A DNA stretch of 28,009 nucleotides from Deinococcales bacterium (lineage in GTDB: Bacteria > Deinococcota > Deinococci > Deinococcales > JAAFIG01). The translations under genes and the position numbers were made by a program. The notes beneath the pieces are model-generated. The model had not been told where the DNA came from. It did no database searches and was given only the letters and a program-made list of their open reading frames with translations. The DNA lies in the NCBI GenBank assembly GCA_043778225.1, contig JAYWGM010000039.1:1-28009 (forward strand), given 5' to 3'. Shown piece after piece: positions 1-9,314 of this stretch (position 1 is the first letter of the stretch; each line of letters opens with the position of its first letter).

Positions 1-57
1 GTGGTCACGACGAGCGTCTTCGAGGGTACTGAAATGTTCGATGATATTGATAATCAT
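1..57 (-). CDS. ISAs1-family transposase, N-terminal 19 aa (partial)
   Basis: ATG at 57 gives MIINIIEHFSTLEDARRDH, matching the typical ISAs1 N-terminus (ehF..leDpR...h). TACCCT lies 5 nt before the ATG. Too short for the ORF track. Confidence 0.75.
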   Translation of the reverse strand, partial: MIINIIEHFSTLEDARRDH

Positions 58-98
58 TCTTTAGGGTACAGCAAGCTCAACTTGGTGCGTTTGCCCTA
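1..98 (-). mobile_element. Left end of an ISAs1-family insertion sequence (runs off the window)
   Basis: The minus strand from 98 reads TAGGGCAAACGCACC, resembling ISAs1 terminal inverted repeats ((C/T)AGGGC..CGCA). A transposase-like start follows 41 bp later, and the upstream gene loses its membrane character at this point. Confidence 0.75.
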
Positions 99-261
99 AG
101 TAAATCACGCCAAGACTTGCAAAAATAGCGGGCATATTTACCAAAGTCATCACACCCAGAAGACCCGCAATTACCCCATTGAATCCCGCGAATCCAATAA
201 AAACGTTTTGGGCAATTTTTCGTGAGGTACTGCCTGTATTCAGATTTTCTATGTTTTTCAT
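61..261 (-). pseudogene. Small membrane protein truncated by the ISAs1 insertion
   Basis: RBS AAAGGAG before ATG at 261, directly after the SDR stop. Hydrophobic MKNIEN...FIGFAGFNGVIAGLLGVMTLV...LGVIYL; the last ~12 codons lie in the IS end. Confidence 0.6.
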
Positions 262-274
262 AATTGACACTCCT

Positions 275-1237
275 TTAAGTGGGGAACTTTTCGCCGAGTA
301 GCTCTTCTGTTTTTGCCCACAACGCTTCTGCAAGCGCTTCGTCGCGGACGTGTGGATGAACACCTATCATTGGCGGATTGCCAGCTTGCCACGGTTGGGC
401 GATATTGCAATTTTCGCAGTAGACACCACCTATACCGTTCAGCATCTGCGATGTGGCGCACCAGACTGTGGTTGCCGCACCTTGCTCAACTGTTTTGAGT
501 AGATCGTTGAGCTTGCCTTCTCTATCCATCCAGCCCATCGCAATTTTTTCTTCGTCAGCCATATAGCGTTGCAGTGGTGTATCGATACCACCGGGGTCTA
601 CCGCAAACGAACGCACACCATGCGGCTGACCTCTTTTGTCTAAAGAAAGTGCAAAAAGTGCATTGGCAGATTTGGCTTGTGCATAAGCCGTCCACTTTTC
701 GTAAGCCCGATTTTCAAAGTTAAGGTCATCAACCTCGAGTCCATTGCCGCTATGGGCAGATGAGGTCAGCGCAACCACTCTGGCACTACTTGCCGCAACT
801 AACAACGGAAATAAACGTGCTGTAAGTTGAAAATGACCGAGATGATTAATCGCCAACTGACTTTCAAAGCCACGTTTATCTCGAGTTAGTGGATTTGCCA
901 TAATCGCGGCATTGTTGATCAGAAAGTTTAGTTTTTTCAGGCGTGATAGCACAGCTTCACTAAACGAATCTATTGAGGCTGGATCACCAAGATCAAGGGT
1001 AAGTATCGTCACCCCTGTAATATCTGCCAGATTCTCCTGCGCTACCTCGAGACGACGAGCGCCAACGATGACATCAGCGCCTGCACCGACCAAAGCACGT
1101 ACCGTTTCGGTTCCGATTCCCGAGTATCCACCCGTGACGACAGCCGTTTTTCCCGTTAAATCTATTCCCTTGACCACATCATTGGCGGTAGAACGATAAC
1201 CAAACAAGGAATTTTCTAAGCGTTGTTGTAAAGCCAT
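275..1237 (-). CDS. Short-chain dehydrogenase/reductase (retinol-DH/WWOX-like)
   Basis: TGGYSGIG, NNA and YAQAK (YxxxK) motifs; RBS AAGGAG upstream. Confidence 0.93.
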   Translation of the reverse strand: MALQQRLENSLFGYRSTANDVVKGIDLTGKTAVVTGGYSGIGTETVRALVGAGADVIVGARRLEVAQENLADITGVTILTLDLGDPASIDSFSEAVLSRLKKLNFLINNAAIMANPLTRDKRGFESQLAINHLGHFQLTARLFPLLVAASSARVVALTSSAHSGNGLEVDDLNFENRAYEKWTAYAQAKSANALFALSLDKRGQPHGVRSFAVDPGGIDTPLQRYMADEEKIAMGWMDREGKLNDLLKTVEQGAATTVWCATSQMLNGIGGVYCENCNIAQPWQAGNPPMIGVHPHVRDEALAEALWAKTEELLGEKFPT

Positions 1238-1357
1238 AAATTTGTACTCCTTTTACTTGTGCCGAGTGAGACTCGGTCTGTGTCAAAGGATAATCTATAG
1301 TTAAATGCTTGTCTTATTCATTTTCAAAGAGCTTGGATACATTTCGCAGATTTGGTA

Positions 1358-2347
1358 TTAACCCACCAAGGCAACTTCTCGAGTTTTAGCCAGCGCCAGT
1401 CGTTGTCCGATATACGGCACATAAACCGAACCCGATAATCCTTGGGCTTGCCAAGCGCGGCTTGCCTCGAGTTGCCAGCGTTTGTCTGACCAGCCAAAGC
1501 CAGTATCGGCTTGGTCTTCGTGACCAGATAAGTGCATGAGATAAGTCTTTTGTGGCTCGAGTTTTTTGGCAATCGCCTTAATTTGACTAAACGAAGCATG
1601 ACTGGCGGGTAAACCTTGGGCATCCATGTGGTAATCCCAAGTGTTGCAGTCTACCAGCAGTAAATCGCAATTTTTGAGGGCGTTAAAGGCTTCTTCTTCT
1701 AAAGTCCTTGGTTGCTCGAGCCAAAGGTTGGTGCTGTCCATATCCCAAAGTAAAGCCGCTTTGAAATTGCTGGTTTGCAGAATAAATCCAGCACAACAAG
1801 ACAGCCGCTCTTCGCTGTGTGGAGCGTGTAAATCTGCGCTTGAATGTGCCAGTGTAACCGGCGTGATTTGTAAATCACTCAGTTGGGTTGCAATCGGCTC
1901 GAGCAGATGACCTTTGGGCAGAAACTCGAGCGAAGTAATGATTTGAAAATCGCGCAGTGCATGGGGTTGCTGCCGCTCGAGCCACGCCGCACTACCTTCG
2001 CGCATCCAAAGGTTGCCTTTGTGGGCTGGTTCGCCCCGACGCTGCCGACTGCGCCGAATGCTGGTGCTGATTCGGGCTAAATCCGCCACATGGTCGCTGT
2101 GCCAGTGGGTTAAGAAGACCCAATCCAAACGCGGTTTGTGCTGTAATTCTGGAATGTTCAGTAAACTGTCGGCAACGCCAGCCCCAGCGTCAAAAAGCCC
2201 ATGAAACCCAAATTGCTGGTTGCTGTAACCCAATAGAGAAACCGAAGTATTGGCGGTACGCTCGGTGCGACGACAGCGTTCGCAGTCACAGCCAAGTTCT
2301 CGTTTCCACGCATTGTCAAAGCCATTGATCACCAGTTCATAGTTCAT
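1358..2347 (-). CDS. MBL-fold metallo-hydrolase, PhnP-like
   Basis: THWHSDH (HxHxDH), N-terminal GCDCERC Zn motif, distal His motifs (HAS, HLSGH). Confidence 0.8.
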   Translation of the reverse strand: MNYELVINGFDNAWKRELGCDCERCRRTERTANTSVSLLGYSNQQFGFHGLFDAGAGVADSLLNIPELQHKPRLDWVFLTHWHSDHVADLARISTSIRRSRQRRGEPAHKGNLWMREGSAAWLERQQPHALRDFQIITSLEFLPKGHLLEPIATQLSDLQITPVTLAHSSADLHAPHSEERLSCCAGFILQTSNFKAALLWDMDSTNLWLEQPRTLEEEAFNALKNCDLLLVDCNTWDYHMDAQGLPASHASFSQIKAIAKKLEPQKTYLMHLSGHEDQADTGFGWSDKRWQLEASRAWQAQGLSGSVYVPYIGQRLALAKTREVALVG

Positions 2348-2451
2348 TTGTACTTGTACCCTAAAGCAACTTGGTCATGGAAAAGTCTGCCCTGAGGCAG
2401 AATTCTTATCCCGAGATAATCCAGCCAGACTCGAGCAAAAAGTCTAAAAGG

Positions 2452-4524
2452 TTATGCCGATTTCTGTAATTGAATGCCATTAATGGATAAGGCATTGACC
2501 GTCACAATCACGGTTGAGGCGCTCATCAACAGGGCTGCCCACTCTGGACGTAATAAAATTCCTAAGGATGGATATAATACCCCAGCCGCGATTGGAATCG
2601 CTAACACATTATAAATGGCTGCCCAAAATAAATTCTGTACAATTTTTTGCCGTACCACTCGAGCAATCTGAATCCCACTGGCAACACTCGAGGGGTCGCT
2701 TTTGACCAGCACCACATCGGCAGTTTCTACAGCCACATCCGTACCCGCACCAATCGCAATCCCAACTTCTGCCATTGCCAGCGCGGGTGCGTCGTTGACT
2801 CCATCGCCAATCATCGCCACTTTGCGCCCCTCGAGTTGCAGGGCTTTGACTTTATCGGCTTTGTCTTGCGGTAAAACCTCGGCAATCACGGTATCTATAC
2901 CAAGTTGCTTGGCGACGGCTTGGGCAGTTCGGGTGTTATCGCCAGTCAGCATCACGGTTTGAATGTTCAGCGCGTGTAGCGCAGCCACGGCATTTTTGGC
3001 AGTTGGGCGAATCACATCGGCTACAGCAATTAGCCCCAAAAGTAGCCCGTCTCGAGCCACATACATCGCCGTTTTACCTTCGCTCGAGAGGCGTTGGCTG
3101 GTTGCTTCAAGGGCTTGAGCGGCAATGTTGTGTTGCTGCATCAAACGCAAGTTACCAATCAGAATAGTTTTTCCTTCGATCATTGCGCTGATGCCAAGCC
3201 CAGCAATCGAATCAAATTTTTCTGGCGCGACCAACTCGAGCTTACGCTTTTTAGCATCGCGCACAATTGCTTCGGCAAGCGGGTGCTGTGAGGACTGGTC
3301 GGCACTGGCAGCCACCCGCAGTAACTCGAGCGGGTCAGTTCCTTGGCTTGGCTCGAGGTCGGTGACGGCGGGTTTACCTTCGGTTAAAGTGCCAGTCTTA
3401 TCAAAAATAACCGTATTGATGCTGGCGGTTGCCTCGAGTGCTGTGGCATTCTTGAACAGCACCCCTTCTTTGGCGGCTCTTCCCACGCCCACTGTAATCG
3501 CGGTTGGGGTTGCCAATGCCAGTGCGTCTGGGCAAGCAATCACTATCGCACTCACCGCCGCCGCCAGCGCAAAAACAACACCTTGAGTGCTAAATAGCAT
3601 CCAAGCGGCAAAGGTCAGGATTCCAGCGCCTAGAGCCACAAAAACAAGGTACTTACCCGCCGTGTCTGCCAATTGCTGGGCAGGAGCTTTACTGGCTTGG
3701 GCATCTTGAACCATCTGGACAATTTTTGCCAAGGCTGTATCTGCACCTACCGCCGTTGCCTTAAATTGAAATGCACCCGATTGATTGACCGTTCCGCCTG
3801 TTACCTTTGCGCCCGATTCTTTTTGTACAGGTATCGGCTCGCCCGAAATCATGCTTTCATCGACATAACTCGAGCCAGATGTGACCGTACCATCCACCGC
3901 CACACGGTCGCCGGGCTTAACGATAATTTCATCACCAACCACCACTTGCTCGAGCGGGATTTGTTGTTCTTGCCCACTTCGCAGCACTCGAGCCGTGGCG
4001 GGGGCAAGTTTAAGCAGCGCTTCTACGGCTTTGCCAGTTGCAAACCTCGAGCGCATCTCGAGCCAATGACCAGCCAAAGAAAAACTGGTCAGCATTGCGG
4101 CGGCTTCAAAAAAGACATCGCCACCCAAAAACACCGTGGCTGCCACCGAATAAATGTACGAAACCAAAATGCCCACGGCAATCAGGGTCATCATCGTCAC
4201 ATCAGCTTTTTTGAGCGAATTCCAAGCGCTCGAGGTAAATGGATATGCACCCCAGAGTACAATCGGTGTGGTCAAAATCAGCCCAAACCATTCCATGCTT
4301 AACCCAAACGGTGGATCAAAGGTAAAACCAATACCCATGCCGATTGGCGAAAACAGCACCACGGGGATGGTCAGCACCAAGCAAACCCAAAAGCGGCGCA
4401 ACATATCGCTAACCATGCTTTTATCATGACCAGCGTGTTGGTTATGATTTGCCTTTGGCGGCATTGCCCCATGACTTGAGTGATTCATGGTAGCAGGTGC
4501 TTCTGGCGAGTGATGTTGCTTCAT
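2452..4524 (-). CDS. copB: P1B-type ATPase, CopB-like, His/Met-rich N-terminus, CPD motif
   Basis: DKTGT, GDGVND, SQHP, YN (TM7), MSAST (TM8), IACPDAL (TM6). Start moved to ATG 4524 (MKQHHS...) to avoid overlap with the upstream gene. Confidence 0.88.
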   Translation of the reverse strand: MKQHHSPEAPATMNHSSHGAMPPKANHNQHAGHDKSMVSDMLRRFWVCLVLTIPVVLFSPIGMGIGFTFDPPFGLSMEWFGLILTTPIVLWGAYPFTSSAWNSLKKADVTMMTLIAVGILVSYIYSVAATVFLGGDVFFEAAAMLTSFSLAGHWLEMRSRFATGKAVEALLKLAPATARVLRSGQEQQIPLEQVVVGDEIIVKPGDRVAVDGTVTSGSSYVDESMISGEPIPVQKESGAKVTGGTVNQSGAFQFKATAVGADTALAKIVQMVQDAQASKAPAQQLADTAGKYLVFVALGAGILTFAAWMLFSTQGVVFALAAAVSAIVIACPDALALATPTAITVGVGRAAKEGVLFKNATALEATASINTVIFDKTGTLTEGKPAVTDLEPSQGTDPLELLRVAASADQSSQHPLAEAIVRDAKKRKLELVAPEKFDSIAGLGISAMIEGKTILIGNLRLMQQHNIAAQALEATSQRLSSEGKTAMYVARDGLLLGLIAVADVIRPTAKNAVAALHALNIQTVMLTGDNTRTAQAVAKQLGIDTVIAEVLPQDKADKVKALQLEGRKVAMIGDGVNDAPALAMAEVGIAIGAGTDVAVETADVVLVKSDPSSVASGIQIARVVRQKIVQNLFWAAIYNVLAIPIAAGVLYPSLGILLRPEWAALLMSASTVIVTVNALSINGIQLQKSA

Positions 4525-4588
4525 ATAATCCGTTTTAAGCCTTATACCTTTGGGTTGGCTGTGCTGAAACTGAATAAGGCTGGTGAAT

Positions 4589-4999
4589 TTAGGCTGGTGG
4601 TGCAAAACTCGAGGCAAGCCGAGTTAATAATTCTTCGCCATGCTCGTACCCGGGTCGTAGATAAATCATGGCAAAGGTTTTCCAGTCTTGCACCGCCGCA
4701 ACTTCTGTGCCGTCCTCGAGTTTGAAATGCGGGTATGCGCCATATTCGATATAACAATTAAATTCTTTTGCCACAGCCTCGAGTCGTATAAGTTTGGCAT
4801 CATCCCAAATAATCGTGTAAGGCAGTGCAAAACAAGGTTTACCACACGAACCACCTAAGCCAATCACCGCTAAGCCAGCATACGTTGGGTACTCGGCTCG
4901 AGCTTGGCTACGCTCGAGAAAAGCGGCTCGGTTTTTCAGTAAGGTCTTGTCGGCAATTTTTTGCGACATCACCCATGCACCAATTGGAACTTTTGCCAT
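4589..4999 (-). CDS. Hypothetical protein with CxxxC motif, between the two Cu ATPases
   Basis: RBS AAGGAG overlapping the copA stop; 136 aa; GGSCGKPC and YPHF motifs. Confidence 0.75.
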   Translation of the reverse strand: MAKVPIGAWVMSQKIADKTLLKNRAAFLERSQARAEYPTYAGLAVIGLGGSCGKPCFALPYTIIWDDAKLIRLEAVAKEFNCYIEYGAYPHFKLEDGTEVAAVQDWKTFAMIYLRPGYEHGEELLTRLASSFAPPA

Positions 5000-5008
5000 A
5001 ATTTCTCC

Positions 5009-7546
5009 TTAGGCTTGTGCGGTCACAAGATTTGATGGTTTGGTTTGAACTGCATTTTGAATTGGTGCTTTGAAACCACGCAAACGTAGCGCATTGCCAA
5101 GTACAAAAACACTCGAGAATCCCATGGCTGCGCCTGCCAGTACGGGGTTCAGCAACCAACCAAAAACTGGATACAACACGCCAGCCGCAACTGGAATTAA
5201 AACCACATTATAGGCAAATGCCCAAAATAAATTAAAGCGGATGTTGCCAATGGTGCTTTTTGATAACGCAATTGCATTTGGCACACCGCGCAAATCGCCA
5301 GACATCAAAATCACATCGGCGGTTTCAATTGCCACATCTGTACCCGTACCAATCGCAATACCAACGTCGGCTTGGGCGAGGGCGGGCGCGTCGTTGATGC
5401 CGTCCCCTACAAATGCCACTTTGGTGTTATTAGTTTGCAATTGCTTTATAGCTGCGGCTTTACCGTCTGGTAGCACTTCGGCAAGCACTTGGCTAATTCC
5501 GAGTTGTTTGGCAATTGCATTGGCGGTGTGCTGATTATCGCCAGTTATCATGGCAACTTGCAGATTCATTTTTTGTAATGCTTCAAGGGCAATTCTCGAG
5601 CCAGCCTTGATTGGGTCGGCTACGGCAATAATTGCAGCAAGCTGACCGTTAATCGCAGCATACAATGGCGATTTGCCTTGGTCGCCAAGCGCAGCAGCTT
5701 GGCTCGAGAAACCAGCCACATCAATCCCAAGTTGGGTCATGTATCGGTCTGCGCCAATTTGTACTTGTACCTTGTCAACTCGAGCCGTCACGCCGTACCC
5801 AGCAATCGCTTCAAAGTCAGAAATTGGCTCGAGGGTTAAACCTTTTTCTTTGGCGGCTTTGACAATACTTTGGGCAACAGGATGTTCGCTTGCGTTTTCG
5901 ACACTGGCAATCAAGGCTAAAAGTTGATTGTCTGGGATTGCGCTCTGGTTGATAAAATCGGTCAGTTCAGGTTGTCCTTTGGTCAGTGTACCCGTTTTAT
6001 CAAGCGCCACAATTTGAACCCCATGCAGTCCTTCCAGTGCCGTACCAGTGCGAAATAACACCCCAAGTTCGGCGGCTTTACCCGTGCCAACCATAATACT
6101 GGTCGGGGTGGCTAATCCCATGGCGCAGGGGCAAGCAATAATTAAGACCGCAATCGCGTTGACAATCGCAAAACTCGAGTTGCCAGCCAGCATCCAGACC
6201 AAAAAAGTCAGTGCCGCAATAACCAGTACAATCGGGGTAAAAACCAGAATCACTTTATCGGCTAAACCCTGAATTGGTGGTTTAGAACCTTGGGCGGTTT
6301 CGACCAGTTTAATAATTTGAGCCAGTACCGTATCTGCCCCAATCGCATTTGCTTTAACCATCAGAGCGCCACTTTTGTTGATGGTACTACCAACCACTTG
6401 GCTGTTCAGTTCTTTTTTGACTGGGACTGGTTCGCCAGTAATCATGCTTTCGTCCACATAACTCGAGCCACTGGTCACAATCCCATCCACTGGGATTTTC
6501 TCGCCGGGACGCACCGAAATTAAATCGCCCAGCAGCACTTCCTCGAGCGGAAGCTCGAATTCAGTTGTACCACGCAGCACCCGCGCAGTTTTGGCTTGTA
6601 AACCAAGCAGGGTTTTCATGGCTTGACTGGTTCTGCCTTTGGCGATGCTTTCGAGGTACTTACCAAGTAAAATCAGGGCAATCACCACACCAGCCGCTTC
6701 AAAATAGACAAAGCGCCCGTTCTCTGGCACAATTCCTGGCACAAAGGTCTCGAGTAGGACCACGGCTGTGCTGTACCAAAAAGCAGCACTTGTACCCAAC
6801 ATTACCAAGGTGTTCATATCGGGGCTGCGCTGCACTAGGGCTTGCCAGCCATGAGTTAGAAAGCGCCTTCCGGGAATAAAGTAAATCGGCACGGCAAGCC
6901 CAAGCATCACCCAATCCCAGAATTTCATTGGTGCAATCTGCTCGAGACTCATCATCGCGGGCATATACAGCATTGGAATCATGGCAAGCAATAAAAGCGG
7001 CACAGCAAAAACGGTGGCAATCGTTAAATCTATTTTTAGGCTTTGAATTTCGGCGGCTCGAGCCAAACTTTCGGCATCAGTGTGGCTCTGTCCAGCTTGC
7101 ACCTCGAGAATATCGTAGCCAGCTTCCCGAATCGCAGCTTTGAATTGTGCAGGGCTGGCGGCGGCTGGCAAATACTGCACCATAGCCCGTTCGGTGGCTA
7201 AATTGACATTGGCATCGAGTACCCCGTCTACTTTTTTAAGCGCCCGTTCGACCCGTCCGACACAAGCCGCACAGGTCATGCCCGTTACGCCTAACTCGAG
7301 GCGGCTGGTACGGGCTTCATAACCAATTTCTTTGACTTTCTCGAGGACGGCTGCCACAGAAACTTGATTTGGATTGTAAGCAATGGTGGCGCGTTCAGTC
7401 GCCAGATTAACGCTGGTTTGGGTCACACCCTCGAGTTTTTGAAGTCCTCGTTCGACCCGTCCGACACAAGCGGCGCAAGTCATGCCGCCAATGCCTAATT
7501 CGAGGACTTTGCTGCTTTGCAAAATTTGGTTTGTGTTGGCTGTCAT
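5009..7546 (-). CDS. copA: Cu(I)-translocating P1B-1 ATPase
   Basis: Two GMTCAAC HMA domains, CPC, DKTGT, SEHP, YN, MGFSS. Start at ATG 7546 with RBS AAGGAG. Confidence 0.96.
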   Translation of the reverse strand: MTANTNQILQSSKVLELGIGGMTCAACVGRVERGLQKLEGVTQTSVNLATERATIAYNPNQVSVAAVLEKVKEIGYEARTSRLELGVTGMTCAACVGRVERALKKVDGVLDANVNLATERAMVQYLPAAASPAQFKAAIREAGYDILEVQAGQSHTDAESLARAAEIQSLKIDLTIATVFAVPLLLLAMIPMLYMPAMMSLEQIAPMKFWDWVMLGLAVPIYFIPGRRFLTHGWQALVQRSPDMNTLVMLGTSAAFWYSTAVVLLETFVPGIVPENGRFVYFEAAGVVIALILLGKYLESIAKGRTSQAMKTLLGLQAKTARVLRGTTEFELPLEEVLLGDLISVRPGEKIPVDGIVTSGSSYVDESMITGEPVPVKKELNSQVVGSTINKSGALMVKANAIGADTVLAQIIKLVETAQGSKPPIQGLADKVILVFTPIVLVIAALTFLVWMLAGNSSFAIVNAIAVLIIACPCAMGLATPTSIMVGTGKAAELGVLFRTGTALEGLHGVQIVALDKTGTLTKGQPELTDFINQSAIPDNQLLALIASVENASEHPVAQSIVKAAKEKGLTLEPISDFEAIAGYGVTARVDKVQVQIGADRYMTQLGIDVAGFSSQAAALGDQGKSPLYAAINGQLAAIIAVADPIKAGSRIALEALQKMNLQVAMITGDNQHTANAIAKQLGISQVLAEVLPDGKAAAIKQLQTNNTKVAFVGDGINDAPALAQADVGIAIGTGTDVAIETADVILMSGDLRGVPNAIALSKSTIGNIRFNLFWAFAYNVVLIPVAAGVLYPVFGWLLNPVLAGAAMGFSSVFVLGNALRLRGFKAPIQNAVQTKPSNLVTAQA

Positions 7547-7560
7547 CTTGAACTCCTTCA

Positions 7561-7576
7561 ATCCCCTTGGGGGGAT
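7561..7576. promoter_or_regulatory. CsoR operator (copA side)
   Basis: ATCCCC-TTGG-GGGGAT, the C-tract/G-tract pseudo-palindrome typical of CsoR sites, downstream of the copA -10. Confidence 0.75.
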
Positions 7577-7588
7577 ATATTAAGGGAA

Positions 7589-7617
7589 AGCATAAACCCA
7601 AAGGTAAAATCGGTCAA
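7589..7617 (-). promoter_or_regulatory. Sigma70-type promoter of copA
   Basis: TTGACC-17 bp-TATGCT on the minus strand. Confidence 0.7.
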
Positions 7618-7654
7618 GTACCGCAAAATACAGATTTTTTGTTGCTAAAAGGAC

Positions 7655-7683
7655 TTGAAAAGTTGGCTTCTCTCGAGTATTCT
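7655..7683 (+). promoter_or_regulatory. Sigma70-type promoter of copZ-csoR
   Basis: TTGAAA-17 bp-TATTCT; the spacer ends in CTCGAG. Confidence 0.7.
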
Positions 7684-7688
7684 GTCTT

Positions 7689-7704
7689 TACCCCATAGGG
7701 GGAT
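7689..7704. promoter_or_regulatory. CsoR operator (copZ side)
   Basis: TACCCC-ATAG-GGGGAT between the -10 and the copZ RBS. Confidence 0.78.
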
Positions 7705-7716
7705 AAAGGAGCAATC

Positions 7717-7923
7717 ATGACCATTGAATTAAAAGTATCAGGAATGACCTGCGGACACTGCCAAACAGCCGTTCAAAAAGCCCTGCAAAGTATCGAAGGG
7801 GTCAGTGCCGTAGAAGTAAATTTAAGCGCAGGGACAGCCAATGTCCAAGGCAACAATATCAAAACCGAGAACCTGATTGCTGCCATTATAGACGAAGGGT
7901 ACGGCGCAAGCCTGTCCGCCTAA
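7717..7923 (+). CDS. copZ: Copper chaperone
   Basis: 68 aa HMA domain with GMTCGHC; RBS AAGGAG. Confidence 0.95.
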   Translation: MTIELKVSGMTCGHCQTAVQKALQSIEGVSAVEVNLSAGTANVQGNNIKTENLIAAIIDEGYGASLSA

Positions 7924-7924
7924 A

Positions 7925-8209
7925 ATGGAACACGAAGCCTTGTGTATGCCGCTCGAGTCGCGCAAACGTGCCATTCGGCGGTTGGCGATTGCTAAAGGGC
8001 ATTTAGAGAGTATCCAACGAATGCTCGAGAACCCAGATGTCTACTGTGTGGATGTGCTGCGCCAAATTAAAGCCGTTCAGGGCGCACTGCAAGGTGCGGG
8101 CGAAGTGGTGCTGCGTGGGCATCTCGAGGCGCACGTGGCAACGGCGGCGGCTCGGGGCGATGCTTCTGAGATGGTGGATGAGGTCATGGAAGCCATACGA
8201 CTCCATTGA
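7925..8209 (+). CDS. csoR: Copper-sensing repressor, Thermus-type C-H-H ligand set
   Basis: RL..AKGHL..I.RML, YCVDVLRQIKAV, LRGHLEAHV; directly after copZ. Confidence 0.92.
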   Translation: MEHEALCMPLESRKRAIRRLAIAKGHLESIQRMLENPDVYCVDVLRQIKAVQGALQGAGEVVLRGHLEAHVATAAARGDASEMVDEVMEAIRLH

Positions 8210-8336
8210 CCAGATTGGTAATTCTGGCTAGAGACCTGACCAAATAAAAATGAGTTCTACATCAGCACGAAATTAACATAAAGACAAGTGCTAGACCAGA
8301 AAACCGATGCTTACATTGACAGTCCGTTCCTGCCTT

Positions 8337-9281
8337 TTAGCGCCCACGCCAAGTTTGCCCAGCGTTAAGGCTGGCATAGACTTGTCCAGTCTCAGAAACA
8401 CCATAGATGTTTTCACTGTTTTTTGGATTGACCGCCAAAAGAACAAAGGCTTCTGGTGCTTTTGATTGTTCCCAAGTTGTACCGCCATCACTCGAGCGCA
8501 AAATACTGCTATTTGATAAGCTGATTAAAATTGCTCCAGAGGCTTCGACTGCAATGCTCAACGGCTGACCACTGACTTTTATTGGTTTCCAATTTGTGCC
8601 ACCATCGCTCGAGCGAATTAAACCCTGGTCTTGGGTTAGGGCGTATAGCACAGGTGGCGCACCTGTGGCTGCCACAATTTTGTAGGCTCGAGTTGTCGCT
8701 TGAGTCGCAAAAGTCCAGTTCGCTCCGTCATCGGTCGAACGGTACAAACCACCTCCCGCCAGATTTGCATACAACCAACCGTTATCAGCCACTGCAAACC
8801 CATGAATATCTGTGCCAGGTAAATTGCCAACCCCGGGTTTATTCCAAGTCTGACCTGAATCAGTGCTGACTGCAAAAAAATCGTGACCTGCTAAAAAAAC
8901 CTTACCCGAATTCACGCCCATGCCCATTGCATCGCCACCGCCAGCCGCCGTACTCCAAGTCTGACCGCCATCTTTAGAAATTTGGACACCCGCGTGCTGC
9001 CCATAAAAAAGACTTCCATCTTCGCCTACACTTAAAGCGTGTAAATCACCCTCGAGTTGGGCTAAGTTTTTCGCAGCACCCATGTCCCTACCAGCCATGC
9101 TTGAATTATCTGTGGTACTTGGATTCATATTCAGTCCAGACATTCCACCTATGGCTGGCAAACGTGGAGTCAATGAACGCCAAGCAAAAACACCAATACC
9201 TATCAGCGCAACAACAAAAACAACACCAACATAGTGAGCGGGACGAGTGACAGGTTTATTATTCTGATCTGATTTTTTCAT
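8337..9281 (-). CDS. Membrane-anchored BNR/Asp-box beta-propeller protein
   Basis: N-terminal TM helix, Met-rich linker, six SxDxGxxW-like boxes (SKDGGQTW, STDSGQTW, STDDGANW, SSDGGTNW, SSDGGTTW, SLNAGQTW). Confidence 0.85.
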   Translation of the reverse strand: MKKSDQNNKPVTRPAHYVGVVFVVALIGIGVFAWRSLTPRLPAIGGMSGLNMNPSTTDNSSMAGRDMGAAKNLAQLEGDLHALSVGEDGSLFYGQHAGVQISKDGGQTWSTAAGGGDAMGMGVNSGKVFLAGHDFFAVSTDSGQTWNKPGVGNLPGTDIHGFAVADNGWLYANLAGGGLYRSTDDGANWTFATQATTRAYKIVAATGAPPVLYALTQDQGLIRSSDGGTNWKPIKVSGQPLSIAVEASGAILISLSNSSILRSSDGGTTWEQSKAPEAFVLLAVNPKNSENIYGVSETGQVYASLNAGQTWRGR

Positions 9282-9314
9282 ATCGTTAGACTCACAAGGC
9301 GCATCAGAGGTGGT

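Noticed and set aside
1..733. CTCGAG-free stretch as proof of recent horizontal transfer
   Set aside because: Gaps of ~450-660 bp also occur inside native-looking genes (e.g. ~10005-10660 and ~17395-18030), so this gap is not clearly exceptional.
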